Origin: Octopus vulgaris
Taxonomy: Eukaryota
Reading direction: 5' to 3'
Assembly: GCA_951406725.2 (NCBI GenBank)
Contig: OX597820.1
Span: 9,052,001 to 9,116,000, forward strand
DNA length: 64,000 nt
This document shows, piece by piece, positions 13,279 to 26,100 of this stretch (its first letter is position 1; the number at the start of each line of letters is the position of its first letter). A model generated the notes under the pieces. That model had not been told where the DNA came from and ran no database searches. It saw only the letters and a list, made by a program, of their open reading frames with translations. The translations under genes and the position numbers were made by a program.

Positions 13279-13642
13279 CTTTGTTTGTTGAGCGAAGCGG
13301 TCTTCGTGGGAGTAGTCCGAAACGTGGTCCTTTGCTATTCATAAGACCCGCAGAAGAGAAAGCAGGTCAACCTCCCAACACCGAGAGTATCGACGGATGA
13401 ATGAATGCGCGTCCAGGCTCAGCGGTTGCGTAGGAAGTCGGGGACAGGAAACATGAAGAAAGAGTGAGAGAAAGTTGGAGCGAAAGAGTACAACAGGGGT
13501 CGCCACTACTCCCTGCCGGAGCCTCGTGGAGCTTTAGGTGTTTTCGCTCAATAAACACTCACAACACCCGGTCTGGGAATCGAAACTGCGCTCCTCCGAC
13601 CGCGAGTCCGCTGCCCTAACCACTGGGCCATTGCGCCTCCAC
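13279..13642 (-). mobile_element. tRNA-headed SINE, tail type C
   Basis: Same head as type B with a different 3' half; 11-bp TSD TGCTGGTGCTG. Confidence 0.85.
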
Positions 13643-14152
13643 TGCTGGTGCTGTATAAAAGCATCCAGCACTCTCTGTAAAGTGGTTGGCGTTAGGGAGG
13701 GCATCCGGCTGTAAAAACCATGCCAAAACAGATATGGAATTCGGGCAGGTGGTCAGCTCCTGTCAAACCGTCCAACCCATACCAGGAAAATGGAGAACAG
13801 ATATTAAATGATGATGATAATGAATGTTACAACTTAAACATTTGCATCTACCATTAAAACATTTCGCAGTTCAGTGCTTTGTCGTGGGAAAGACCTCAGG
13901 ACGTGGAAGGTTTAGAAAAGATGCAGGCATGACTTCCTCTAAGTAATTTATGTACAAAATACAACAAAACTAAAATAAATTACAAACCAAATTTAAACAA
14001 GAACAATTATTAATGATATTTATTGAGGCATTTAAATGTTAATACATGAAAAAATTCTTTTAATATGATAGAATGTTCATATCTTGGGAATTCATAATAC
14101 AAAGATGCTTGAGAAAGGCACTGTCATAGTTAACAATTTCTTGACCCTTCAG

Positions 14153-14190
<38 letters not shown>

Positions 14191-14840
14191 ATGTATGTAT
14201 GTATATATTTATTTATTTATTTCAAAAAATGTTTTTGGGAAATTATGCAAAAAAACAATAACAAGTAACCAGGTGAGAGAACAACCAACAAGGAAAAACG
14301 GAAGAGTCTTTAATGTTTAAAGATTATGCGCTTATATATGTGTGTGTGTGTATTTATTTAAAAGTCTCTGCAAAAAAATACTAGAAAGAACCACAATATT
14401 TTTTAAAACAATTTTCTTAAAATATAATGAAAATCTTAGGCAAAAACAGAATGACACACACCTTTTGGAAGGAAATTTTCATGTTGTGTAAGCGCTTTCA
14501 CTGATAAGTTTCTCAAACACAGGTAATGGGGTTATCCTCCATATGGATCGCCCAATAATGTATGTTTGAAAATCTTAACAGCAAAAGTCCTTACAATATA
14601 AAAACTTCCAAAAGCTTTGGGTCATTCTGTTTTTCTAAGATTTCTTTATTATAATTTTAATGTTCACATAGTGAACATTAAAATGTGGCTGTGTGGTAAG
14701 TAGCTTGCTAACCAACCACATGGTTCCGGGTTCAGTCCCACTGCGTGGCATCTTGGGCAAGTGTCTTCTGCTATAGCCACGGGCCGACCAATGCCTTGCG
14801 AGTGGATTTGGTAGACGGAAACTGAAAGAAGCCTGTCGTA

Positions 14841-14885
<45 letters not shown>

Positions 14886-15296
14886 GTATGTGTCTGTGTT
14901 TGTCCTCCTAGCATTGCTTGACAACCGATGCTGGTGTGTTTACGTCCCCGTCACCTAGCGGTTCGACAAAAGAGATCGCTAGAATAAGTACTGGGCTTAC
15001 AAAAGAATAAGTCCCGGGGTCGAGTTGCTCGATTAAAGGCGGTGCTCCAGCATGGCCGCAGTCAAATGACTGAAACAATTAAAAGAGAGAAAAGAGTATA
15101 GGTTGGACAGGATTTGTTGAGACAGATTTTCTATAGCTGGATGCCCTTCCAATCACCAACCTTCACTTATATCCAAATAAGGTAATATTTCCTCATGACC
15201 AAATATGTTTTCATGGAAGAATGCAACAAGGTGACACACATTTAGAACTCATATGATGTCAGGACAAGGAGGTAGGAACACAAAACATGTGTGTGA

Positions 15297-15640
15297 AGGC
15301 ACATGGCTCAGTGGTAAGAGCATCGGCTCACAAATCATGAGGTTGTGAGCTCGAATCCCGGACCGGGTTGCATGTTGTGTTCTTGAGCAAGACACTTTAT
15401 TTCACTTTGCTCCAGTTCACTCAGCTGTAGAAATGAGTTGTGACATTATTGGTGCCAAGCTGTATCGGCCTCTTTGCCTTTCCCTTGGATAACATCGGTG
15501 GCATGGAGAAGGGAGACTGGTATGCATGGGTGACTGCTGGTCTTTCACAAACAACCTTGCCCGGACTTGTGCCTCAGAGGGTAACTTTCTAGGTGCAAGC
15601 TCATGGTCATTCATGACTGAAAGGGGTCTTACCCTTTACC
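15297..15640 (+). mobile_element. tRNA-headed SINE, family D (also 20475-20796 -, relic 5746-5880)
   Basis: TGGCTCAGTGG box A; TTCTTGAGCAAGACACTTTATTTCAC body; partial 3' duplication at 15643-15740. Confidence 0.75.
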
Positions 15641-15920
15641 CCAGGTGACAGTCTTCCATAAACAACCTTGCCCAGACTTGTGCCTCGGAAGGTAATTTCC
15701 TAGGTGCAATCCCATGGTCATTCATGACTGAAAGGGGTCTCCTTATACATGTTTATACATAACAGGTTTCTTTTAGTTTCTGTCTACAAAATACATTCAA
15801 AAGGCTTTGGTCAACACAGGGATATAGTAGAAGACACTCACCCGAGGAACCATAGAAGGAACTGAACCCAGAACCATGTGGTTGGGAAGCAAACTCCTTA
15901 CCACACAGCCACACCTATGC

Positions 15921-16178
15921 CTTGTGAAAGATAGGAGAGTCCAGTTTGCAGGACATTGTTGTAGAGCTGAAAAAGAGGTAATTTCTACTCTTCTCCTCTG
16001 GAAGCCATCTACTCGCAATACCAGAGGGCGCACACTCTCCTACCCTGATGTAATCTCCAGGGATACAGGCATCCAGCAACAGGACCTCCGTAATGCCATG
16101 ATGGACCGTGAGGTCTGGCGTAACATGGTAAATTCTATTGTCTCGACCACGGTCGAACAATGATGAATGATGATGATT
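15921..16178 (+). mobile_element. 3' end of a non-LTR retrotransposon (RTE-like) with (TGA)n tail
   Basis: RRVQFAGHCCRA...RGR...YPDVISRDTG....LRNAMMDREVWR, then stop and TGATGA tail. Confidence 0.75.
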
Positions 16179-16190
16179 ATAGAGTTAATT

Positions 16191-16196
16191 TTTATT
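16191..16196 (-). terminator. Candidate Ku70 polyadenylation signal (AATAAA), giving a 3' UTR of about 1 kb
   Basis: First minus-strand AATAAA I found after the stop codon; non-mobile-element sequence ends just beyond it. Confidence 0.5.
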
Positions 16197-16736
16197 TCAA
16201 GAAAATTTTTCAACTAAACACACATACATAGAAAGAGACAAATATCTGTATGAAGTAAAGAGAGAACAACTTGTCAAAAACTGAATCCAGGAACTTCACC
16301 AGATGTCATCAGTTGAGTCTGGACACAATGGAATTAGTGAAAACCATGTATCTACAAATAGTCTAATGAGACGATATTGCAGGATGGGAGGCTTACTTGA
16401 TTAAATTTGATTTGAGAAACGAATAAGTTTGCTCCAGCATTGGTTATTAAAAGAGGTGTGTTAATGCAAAACATAAATGTCGTTCAATGAACAGGGAATA
16501 TTCACAGAACAATAGCAAAGCTGCAAGAATAAAAATGAAGTCCATACTGTAATTGATGGCATAAAAGATGGGCATATTAGACTCACCCTGATTCCAGTAA
16601 CATATATTCAGGAAAGAAAAATGGTCTTAGTGTATTAAAACATGTGAAAGAAACCCAGCATTGCACATAGGACCCAAGGCAAGTTTTATGAGACAATTTC
16701 TTGGAAAAAAAAATGTCTTATACGTCATCAAACACA

Positions 16737-16773
<37 letters not shown>

Positions 16774-17210
16774 TATATATATATGTATATATATATATAT
16801 ACACACACATGTGTATATGGTGTATTTGATGGCATAAAAGACATATGGGTATATTAGACTAGACATGCCCTGATTCCAGCAACACATATACAGGAAAAAA
16901 AATGTGTCTTGTAGACCATCAAATATGGTCTGTGTGTAGAGAGAGAGAGAATGAGATGTGTATGTGTGAGACTAACAAAAACAAAGATCAAAATGTTGTG
17001 ACACTAATCCCATCTAATCCTATATTAATCAGCAGTAAAGGCAATATTAGCTGCTGTTTCCATAGCAACTCATTACAAAAATCTTGATGACATTGAAATG
17101 ACATTTCATCGAGTGAATCCATATTTTCTTCTTCAATTCTTTTAACATGAAGGTTTTTGTACATAATCGACTGTTGTGGATTTGGGTATTGGTCAGCAAA
17201 AGACGGGTAC

Positions 17211-17336
17211 CTATGTGTTGCTATCACCATAATGGCTTTTAATAGCATCAATTAAATCTTTCTTTTTCTTCGTAGAACATTTAATACCATTCTCTTTCAT
17301 CAGTCTGTCAAGGTCAGCCACTTTAAGTTGCTCCAA
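17211..17336 (-). CDS. XRCC6: Ku70 terminal exon, SAP domain (LEQLKVADLDRLMKENGIKCSTKKKKDLIDAIKSHYGDSNT*)
   Basis: SAP pattern L..LKV..L......GI.....K.DLI..I; GAACAG acceptor, TAG stop. Confidence 0.92.
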   Translation of the reverse strand: MEQLKVADLDRLMKENGIKCSTKKKKDLIDAIKSHYGDSNT

Positions 17337-19420
17337 CTGTTCAATTAAAAAAGAATATACATCAATACATACATTTTTATATACATATCAAAATCAAAAT
17401 CAAATTCGATGATGGGCGTCTGTGCTAGCAGGGTGCAAAGAGCACCATACGAGTGTGATCGTTGATAGAGCGGCTAACCAGCTTCCATGCCAGTGGCACT
17501 TAAAAGGCACCATTCGAGTGTAATCGCTACCAGTGTCGCCTTACTGGCACTCGAGCCCCGTGCTAGTAGGGTGTTAAGAGCACCATCCGAGCATGATTGT
17601 TGCCAGAGTGGCTATCTGGCCTCCGTGCCAGTGGCACGTAAAAGACACCATTTGAGCATGATCGTTACCAGTGTCGCCTTACTGGCACCTGTGCCGGTGG
17701 CATGTGTAAGAGATTCAAGCGAGGTCGTTGCCAGTACCGCCTGACTGGCCCCATGCTGGTGGTACATAAAAGCACCCACTACACACTCGGAGTGGTTGGT
17801 GTTAGGAAGAGCATCCACCTGTAGAAACTCTGCCAGATCAAGATTGGAGTCTGGTGCAGCCATATGGCTCGCCAGTCCTCAGTCAAACCATCCAACCCAT
17901 GCCAGCATGGAAAGCGAACGTTAAACGATGATGATGATAATGTATATACACATATATAACACAAACACATATATACATATATGTGTGTGTGTCTATGTGT
18001 CTGTGTCTTAGCGTTTTTTTGTGTTCCCTACAACTGCTTCACAACTGGTGTTGATGCGTTTATGTCCCCCATAACTTAGCAGCTTGGCAAAAGAGAGTGA
18101 CAGAATAAGTACTGGACTTTAAAAAGAAAAAAAAAGAAAATAGAAGTACTAGGGTCGAGTCATTCAACTAAAAATTCAAGGCAGTGCCCCAGCATGGCCA
18201 CAGCCTAATGACTGAAACCAGTAAAAGATAGAAGATAAGACTAACCTTCTGATCCATCCAATATACTTTCAAGTCTTTGTCCGTCAGTGGATGTTTACTA
18301 GAGTCTGTCTTTTTGGCAGTGTCGCCGCCTCCAGCTCTCTACAGTCACAGAAAAGCAAGAAAAACGAAATTATAACAAACAGTTTCAAATAACGTACAAC
18401 ACACAGAATAATGGAAGACAATACACAAATACCAATGACATTTTAATTTATCATTATTTCTTGTCTTTTCTGAGGAGTAGCCAGGTATTTGCTCTTCAGC
18501 AAGATACCTGTTCACGTCCCTCAAATCATACTTTAACCTTTTCATTACCAACCTGGCTGAAACCGGCTCTGGCTCTGTAGTACAAATGTCTTGTTTTCAT
18601 AAGTTTCAAATTAAAATCTTCCACCAAACCTAAGTCACAATTTATGTTCCTAACACTAGCTTAATGATAACCAAGTTATTTTACTAAATTCTTTTTTATA
18701 TTTAAAGTAATCGAAAGAAACACCGAACATCTCAATAGAAATATGGTAACAAAATGGTTAAAATATATAATAGAGAAACAATTCTTAACCCTTTTGATAC
18801 CAACCTAACTGAAACTGCCTCTGGCTCTGAGTACAAATGTCCTGTTTTCAAAAGTTCTGAATTAAAATCTTCCACCAAACCTTAGTCACAATTTATGTTC
18901 CTAACACTAGCTGAATGATAACCAGGTTATTTTACTAAATTCTTTTTTATATTTAAAGTAATCGAAAGAAACACAGAGCATCTCAAAATAAATACAGTAA
19001 TGAAAGGGTTAACCTCTCGTCACCTGGCACCTTAGTTGAAAGGGTCTTGCCTTGCAAGTTACTTGGTGACTGCACTGGTGCTGGTGCCATATAAAAAGTA
19101 CCGACTGCACGCTGTGAAATGGTCAGTGTTACAAAGGGCATCCAGCAGTAGAAACCATGTCAAAGCAGACATTGTAGCTGGCGCAATCCTCTGGCTTGCC
19201 AACTTCTATTGAGCCATGGCAGCATGGGAAATGGACATTAAACGAGCATGGATCTGGGATAGGATCTAAGCAATCCATACAGACAGGACCCAGTGTCGCT
19301 TACCTTTTTCTTGTTGTCTGGGTTGTAGTCTTCAGGAAACACAGCTTCTTTGAAATTCTTTATTGCCTCTCCACCTTTCTTATCCATAGCCTTAGTGTCT
19401 GGTACTGTAACAATGATGAT

Positions 19421-19477
<57 letters not shown>

Positions 19478-20126
19478 CGACTTCAAATTTTTGGCACAGG
19501 GGCAGCTTGGGGGAGAGAGATAAGCCGATTACATCAACCCCAGTGTTTCACTGGTACTGAATTTATTGACTCAGAGGATAAAAGGCAAAGTCAACCTAGA
19601 CGGAATTTGAACTCAGAGTGTGGAAGCACTCCGTCAGTTACGACGACGAGGATTCCGGTTGATCCGAATCAACGGAACAGCCTGCTCGTGAAATTAACGC
19701 GTAAGTGGCTGAGCACTCCACAGACACATGTACCCTTAAGGTAGTTCTCGGGGATATTCAGCGTGACACAGAGAGTGACAAGGCCGGCCCTTTGAAATAC
19801 AGGTACAACAGAAACAGGAAGTAAGAGTGAGAGAAAGTTGTGGTGAAAGAGTACAGCAGGGATCACCACCATCCCCTGCCGGAGCCTCGTGGAGCTTTTA
19901 GATGTTTTTGCTCAATAAACACTCACAACGCCCGGTCTGGGAATCGAAACCGTGATCCTATGACCTCGAATCCGCTGCCCTAACCACTGGGCCATTGCGC
20001 CTCCACAGAGTGTAGTGGCAGGTGAAATACCACTAAGCATTTCACTTGGTGCACTAATGGTTCTGCCAGCCCTCTGCCTTCTTAACAACAACAATGACGA
20101 CAACGATGATGATGATGATAACAATG

Positions 20127-20159
<33 letters not shown>

Positions 20160-23100
20160 GTTTCCAATTTTTGCACGATGCCAGCAATTTTGGGGGGAGA
20201 GGGAAAAAGTCAATTACATTGAACCAAAATTTCTAAGTGGTGCTTGTTTTATGGACCCTGAAATAATGGAAGGCAAAGATGACCTTGGTGGAATTTGAAC
20301 TCAGAACGTGAAGTCGGACAAAATGCTAAGCAAACCTTCACTTTTATAAGTGAACAATCTGGTATGTTGATTTTAATGGCCTACCAATGTATACAGTTAG
20401 TTTCTTTGCCCTAGGTGTTGGGAAGACACTCAGCAAGAAATGGAAAGAAAACTGAAAGAAAAATAATAGTAGTAGTTGCTGAGACCCCCTTCAGTCATGA
20501 CTGACCATGGGATTGCACCCAGAAAGTTACCCTCCCAGGCACAAGTCCGAGCAAGGTTGTTTTATGGAAGACCAGCAGTCGCCCATGCATACCAGCAGTC
20601 GCCCATGCATACCAGCCTCCCCCTCTCCACGCCACCAATGTTATCCAAGGGAAAGGCAAAGGCTGATACAGCTCGGCACCAATGACGTCGCAGCTCATTT
20701 CTACAGCTGAGTGAACTGGAGCAACGTGAAATAAAGTATCCTGCTCAAGAACACAACTCACAATCGTAAGCTCGATGCTCTAACCACTGAGCCATGCATA
20801 ATAGTAGTAGTAGTAGTAGTAGTAAAAACAATAATAGCGCTGGAACAGCGAAAGCAATACACTATTTACATATCTTAAGGTTTCAATCATTACCACAATG
20901 CTGTCAGTTATGTCTGCATTGTATGTATTCATAGGAGATTGTCCCACTACCAATTCATTAAGTACGTGAAGCCTATACTGCATTTAAGGAGGTCTAATAA
21001 GGCTAGAATATGTCCAGAGTTGTCTCCCATACAAATATCCAGGAATAAACGATCAGGACAGAATACATTATAAAATGGAAGAAAATATTAGAGAATGTAT
21101 CTGACACAGACGTGGCTCTATGAACAAGGAGTTTGTCTGCCAACCAGACGGTTTCTGGTTCAGTCCCACAGTGCAGCTTGTTGGGCAAGTGTTTTTTACT
21201 ACAGCCCCAGGTCAACCAAAGCCTTCTGAATGGATTTGGCAGGCAGAAACTGGTAAAAAAAACCCTATTTGTGTGTGAGTGTGGGTGCATGTGTGCGTGT
21301 TTGTGTCTTCTTGGCTTGACATCACAGGATTGTTGTAAATGAATGCCATTTGTTTCTAATATTCTACTCTTTTACTTGTTTCAGTCATTTGACTGTTGCC
21401 ATGCTGGAGCACCGCCTTTAGTCTAGCAAATTGACCTCCAGGATCTATTCTATCAGTCTCTTTTGCTGAACTGCTAAGTTATGGTGACAATAACACACCA
21501 CCATCGGTTGTCAAGCGATGTTGGGAGGACAAACACAGACACACACATATATACGACGGGCTTCTTTCAGTTTCCATCTACCAAATCCACTCACAAGGCT
21601 TTGGTTGACCTGAGGCTGTAGTAGAAGGCACTTGTCGCCCCCCCCCCAAAAAAACCCTCATGCCATGGGGAAATATTAACTTGCTATGAAACAAATGAGG
21701 ATTGGTGACAAGAAGGGCACCCAGGTGCAGAAAACCTGCCTCAGGGAACTCTGTCCAATCCATGCAAGAATGGAAAAGTGATTGCTAAAACGATGATGAC
21801 AACTCCTTCAGCAAGTTTCTCCCATCCCTATTGTTGATATTCATAAACAACACCACTACATCCCATCTATTATTATATCAGTCCCACTTATTCTTCTTAC
21901 CAACTTAGTAGAATATACCGTATTTTAAGATGTATAAGGAACCTTTTTTTGTCAAAAATTAGGGAAAAAAATTAAGGGAGTTTCTTATACATAGGTAGGA
22001 TTATAATCCTTTATAAAACCTTTTTTCCAAATTTTAAGCCCTCCCTCCTCCAAATTAAGGGGTTTCCTTCATCATCATCATCATCATCGTTTAACGTCCG
22101 TTCTCCATGCTAGCATGGGTTGGACGGTTCAACCGGGGATCTGGGAAGCCAGAAAGCTGCACCAGGCTCCAGTCTTATCTGGCAATGTTTCTACAGCTGG
22201 ATGCCCTTCCTAACGCCAACCACTCCGTGAGTGTAGTGGGTGCTTTTTACGTGCCACCCGGACAGGTGCCAGGCGAGGCTGGCAACAGCCACGGTCGGAT
22301 TGGTGCAATTTACGAGCCACCAGCACGGAAGCCAGTCGAGGCAGCGCTGGCATCAGCCACGATTCGGATAGTGCTTTTTACGTACCACCAGTCCAGGGGT
22401 CCTGGCATCTGCCGGGTGCCAGTCATAGGATTGGTTCAATTTCGATTTCACTTGCCCCAACATGTCTTCGCCTTATACATGTTAAAATACAGTACTTTAC
22501 TAAAGAGATCTCATAAGACTGGAGTATGTCAGTTACTTTCACCAATTGGGCTAAAAGACCAGATCCACTTTGGTGCACTATTTCTTGCAGTAGATTGGTC
22601 TGGTATCCAAACAACTGAAGAAAGCCACCAAGAAGAGAGGCAAAGCAGTTGAAACCAGTTCAAGGCGGATGTGGTTTGCCAAAAAAAAAAAACTGATAGA
22701 ATAAGTACCAGGCTTAAAAAAAAATAAAAAGGTTTGGGGCTGATTCATTCTACTAAAAATTCTTCAAGCCAGCACTCCAGCATGGCCACCGTCTAATGAT
22801 TGAAACAAATCATCATCATCATCATCATCATCGTTTAGCGTCCGCTTTCCATGCTAGCATGAGTTGGACGGGTTAACTGGGGTCTGTGAAGCTGGAAGGC
22901 TTCGTCAGGCCCAGTCAGATCTGGCAGTGTTTCTACAGCTGGATGCCCTTCCTAACGCCAACCACTCCACGAGTGTAGTGGGTGTTTTTTACGTGCCACC
23001 TGCACAGGTGCCAGACAGAGCTGGCGAACGGCCACGAACGGATGATGCTTTTACGTGTCACCAGCACGGGGCCAGGCGATGCTGGCAACGGACACGAACG

Positions 23101-26100
23101 GATGGTGCTTTTACGTGCCACCGACACAGGGCCAGGCGATGCTGGCAACGGACACGAACGGATGGTGCTTTTACGTGCCACCGACACGGGGCCAGGCGAT
23201 GCTGGCAACGGACACGAACGGATGGTGCTTTTACGTGTCACCGGCACGGGGCCAGGCGAGGCTGGCAACGGACACGAACGGATGGGGCTTTTACGTGTCA
23301 CCGGCACGGGGCCAGGCAAGGCTAGCAACGAACACGAACGGATGGTGCTTTTACGTGCCACCGACGCGGGGGCCAGGCAGAGCTGGCAAACGGCCACGAG
23401 CGAATGGTGCTTTAACATATCACCGGCACGGGTGCCAGACGAGGCTGACAGCGGACACGAACGGATAGGTCACTTAACCCCTGCTTTCTGATATATGATT
23501 TGATTTTGATTGTTCTCACTGGTCTTGCCGGGTCTTCTCACGCACAGCATACTTCCATAGGTCTCGGTCTCTGGTCATTTCCTTGGTGAGACCTAGAGTT
23601 CGAAGGTCGTGCTTCACCACCTCGACCCAGGTTTTCCTGGGTCTACCTCTTCCACAGGTCCCCTCAACTGCCAGGGTGTGGCACTTTTTCACACACCTAT
23701 CTTCATCCATTCTCACCACATGACCATACCAGCACAATCGTCTCTCTTGCACACAACATCTGATGCCTCTTAGGTCCAACTTTTCTCTCAAGGTACTTAC
23801 ACTCTGTCGACTATGAACACTGACATTACACATCCAACGGAGCATACTAGCTTCGATAAAAAATATAAAAATAAAATAAACTCCACGATAAACTTACATG
23901 TATTATCAACAAATTCTTCAGCTGATTCCTTGTCCAGGACCCTGTTTTCGATATTCATCCAATGGTACTTAAGAGGAGGATTGTCGAAGTGGGTGAAGTT
24001 GTATTTGATTTTAAGGGATTTGATGAGTTTCTTGGCCAAATCAATCTGTCCGTCTTGAGCTGGAAAGAAAACAAAATACAACAACCCAATAATGCTGATC
24101 TTTAGTTGAGGTAACAAAAACAGTCAATATGGTAACTATAGAAATGGCAACTCTTTCTGTTGGTGATGACAATAAGTGGTCCAGTTGATCTGATCAATGG
24201 AATAGCCTTCTTGCGAAATTTATGTGTAAGTGGCTGAGTACTGGCCGAGTTCCTTTCGAGCATTGGACCTGACGGAGGCAAAGTGGCTATCCCCAGTCTG
24301 AGCGATAGATGGAAGCAAAGTGGCATGGGAGCCAGTTAGGTGGCACTGGTATCAACCACACTCAAATGGTGCTTTTTACGGGTCACAAGCACAGGAGCCA
24401 GTCAGGCAGTACTGGCATTGGCCACGCTGGAATGGCACATATTACATGCCACTGGCACAGGTGCCAGTCAGATGGCAATGGCATCAGCCACAACATTGTT
24501 TTCAATTAATCACATATTAACTTGTAGCTTCAAGATTTCAAGGTTGTGATTGTTCGCTTTTAGAATGACATTGCAGGGTTGGTATGACAGGCCAGATCTA
24601 ATGAATTTCAAAGAAAAACAGGTAGAATACTTGGGTTGGACATGGTTGGTTTAAATACAAAACGATTAATACTGGAAGGCACCATTACAAACAATTTTAT
24701 TTTCAAGGGAGAAAAAATAGAAAATAAAGTCATTTATTGTGGTGCCATTCATAACCCTGATGATTCATTGAAAGTCAAATTAACAGGAATAAATTGTCTT
24801 TAACCCTTTCGTTACTATATTTCTGACCAAAATACACCCCTTATGTGTTTCAATTAATTTCTAACATAATCATAAATTTAGTCTGGTTTCATTAAACAAC
24901 TATAACTTTTTTATTTATCAATATATTAATCTGATTTTTGGAAGATAATTTAATGAAATATTCTCAACCAATTCTATACTATAATTTTTGTCACAAAGTG
25001 ACTCTAATTGCAGGTAGATACAGGTAAATTCAACAAAATATAAAATTATTAAAATTTTGTTCGAACATCGCTATAGAAAATGGGTTATTAGCTAATATTC
25101 AGTTGGGTATACAACAAAATTTTACGATAGAATTTGTTATTCTGGGTAACTTTCTGATACCCATAATAATATTTATGGCAAAATAGTCTTAATTTCATTT
25201 AAGGTTATGGGAAACCACTAACTATCCTTTCTTTCGTTTTGTTTACATTTAGCGTAACGGTTTGTTTCCGTCGTAATGATTTCAAATAGGCTCATTCGAA
25301 AAAGTAAAAAGAAATAGTCTAAGGCCTTTACTCTTCTGGGAAAGTCTCTGGCTTGGTCCAGTTTCTTCAGAAAAATCACCGAAAGAAACAGTTTTTAAAT
25401 TTTCACTCCATTCAGGTGCCAATTCATTTTCTTTATCGCTGTCGGAGCTCTCGGATTCACTGTTTTCACTTTCGGAAAATGAAACATCAGATTCATTATC
25501 AAATACCACGTGCTTTTTTTTTCAGTCATAGAGTTAGATTTATGAAGGTCTTCAGTAGAAAATCCTTCGAATTCTGACTCGCTGCTTGATATAATGAAAT
25601 TCGTATCCATTTTTTGTCAGAATTACAAATTTTGAAAACACAATAGGAACAAATTTCGGAAAAAAATCTCCCAAAATTCACGGAATTAAAATTACACTTC
25701 GATTTTTGTACAAAACTGTAGTTGAACTGTTTACGAAGTATAATCACGTGTTTTCACGAATGTACTAAAGAGATTTGCTCTGATATTCTCATTTAAATAT
25801 AAATAGGTAAATTCGGGTGGTTTGGTCACATTAACCAAAATTTTTTTCGGGCGGTTTGGTAACGAAAGGGTTAAGGAAGGCTCTATGCTGATGCCAAACC
25901 TACAAGAAGTAGCAGCTAAATCACCAATATAGTCAGAGGTGTACTATACTGAGAAAGAAAACAAAATGCCTTTGATCACATTTCTACTCAATTAGAACCA
26001 TCTTGTAGCTAAACAATGACAACAACAATTATATTTTTCCTGTTGCTCCCAGGGATGTTATAAAAAAACCCCACAGATTTGTTCATTTTGAAAAGTGATG

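Noticed and set aside
16988-17251. 87-aa ORF overlapping the Ku70 last exon in another frame
   Set aside because: No recognisable homology, non-ATG start, lies mostly in the 3' UTR
22864-23491. Four overlapping repeat-protein ORFs
   Set aside because: A by-product of a 60-bp tandem repeat in a LINE 3' UTR
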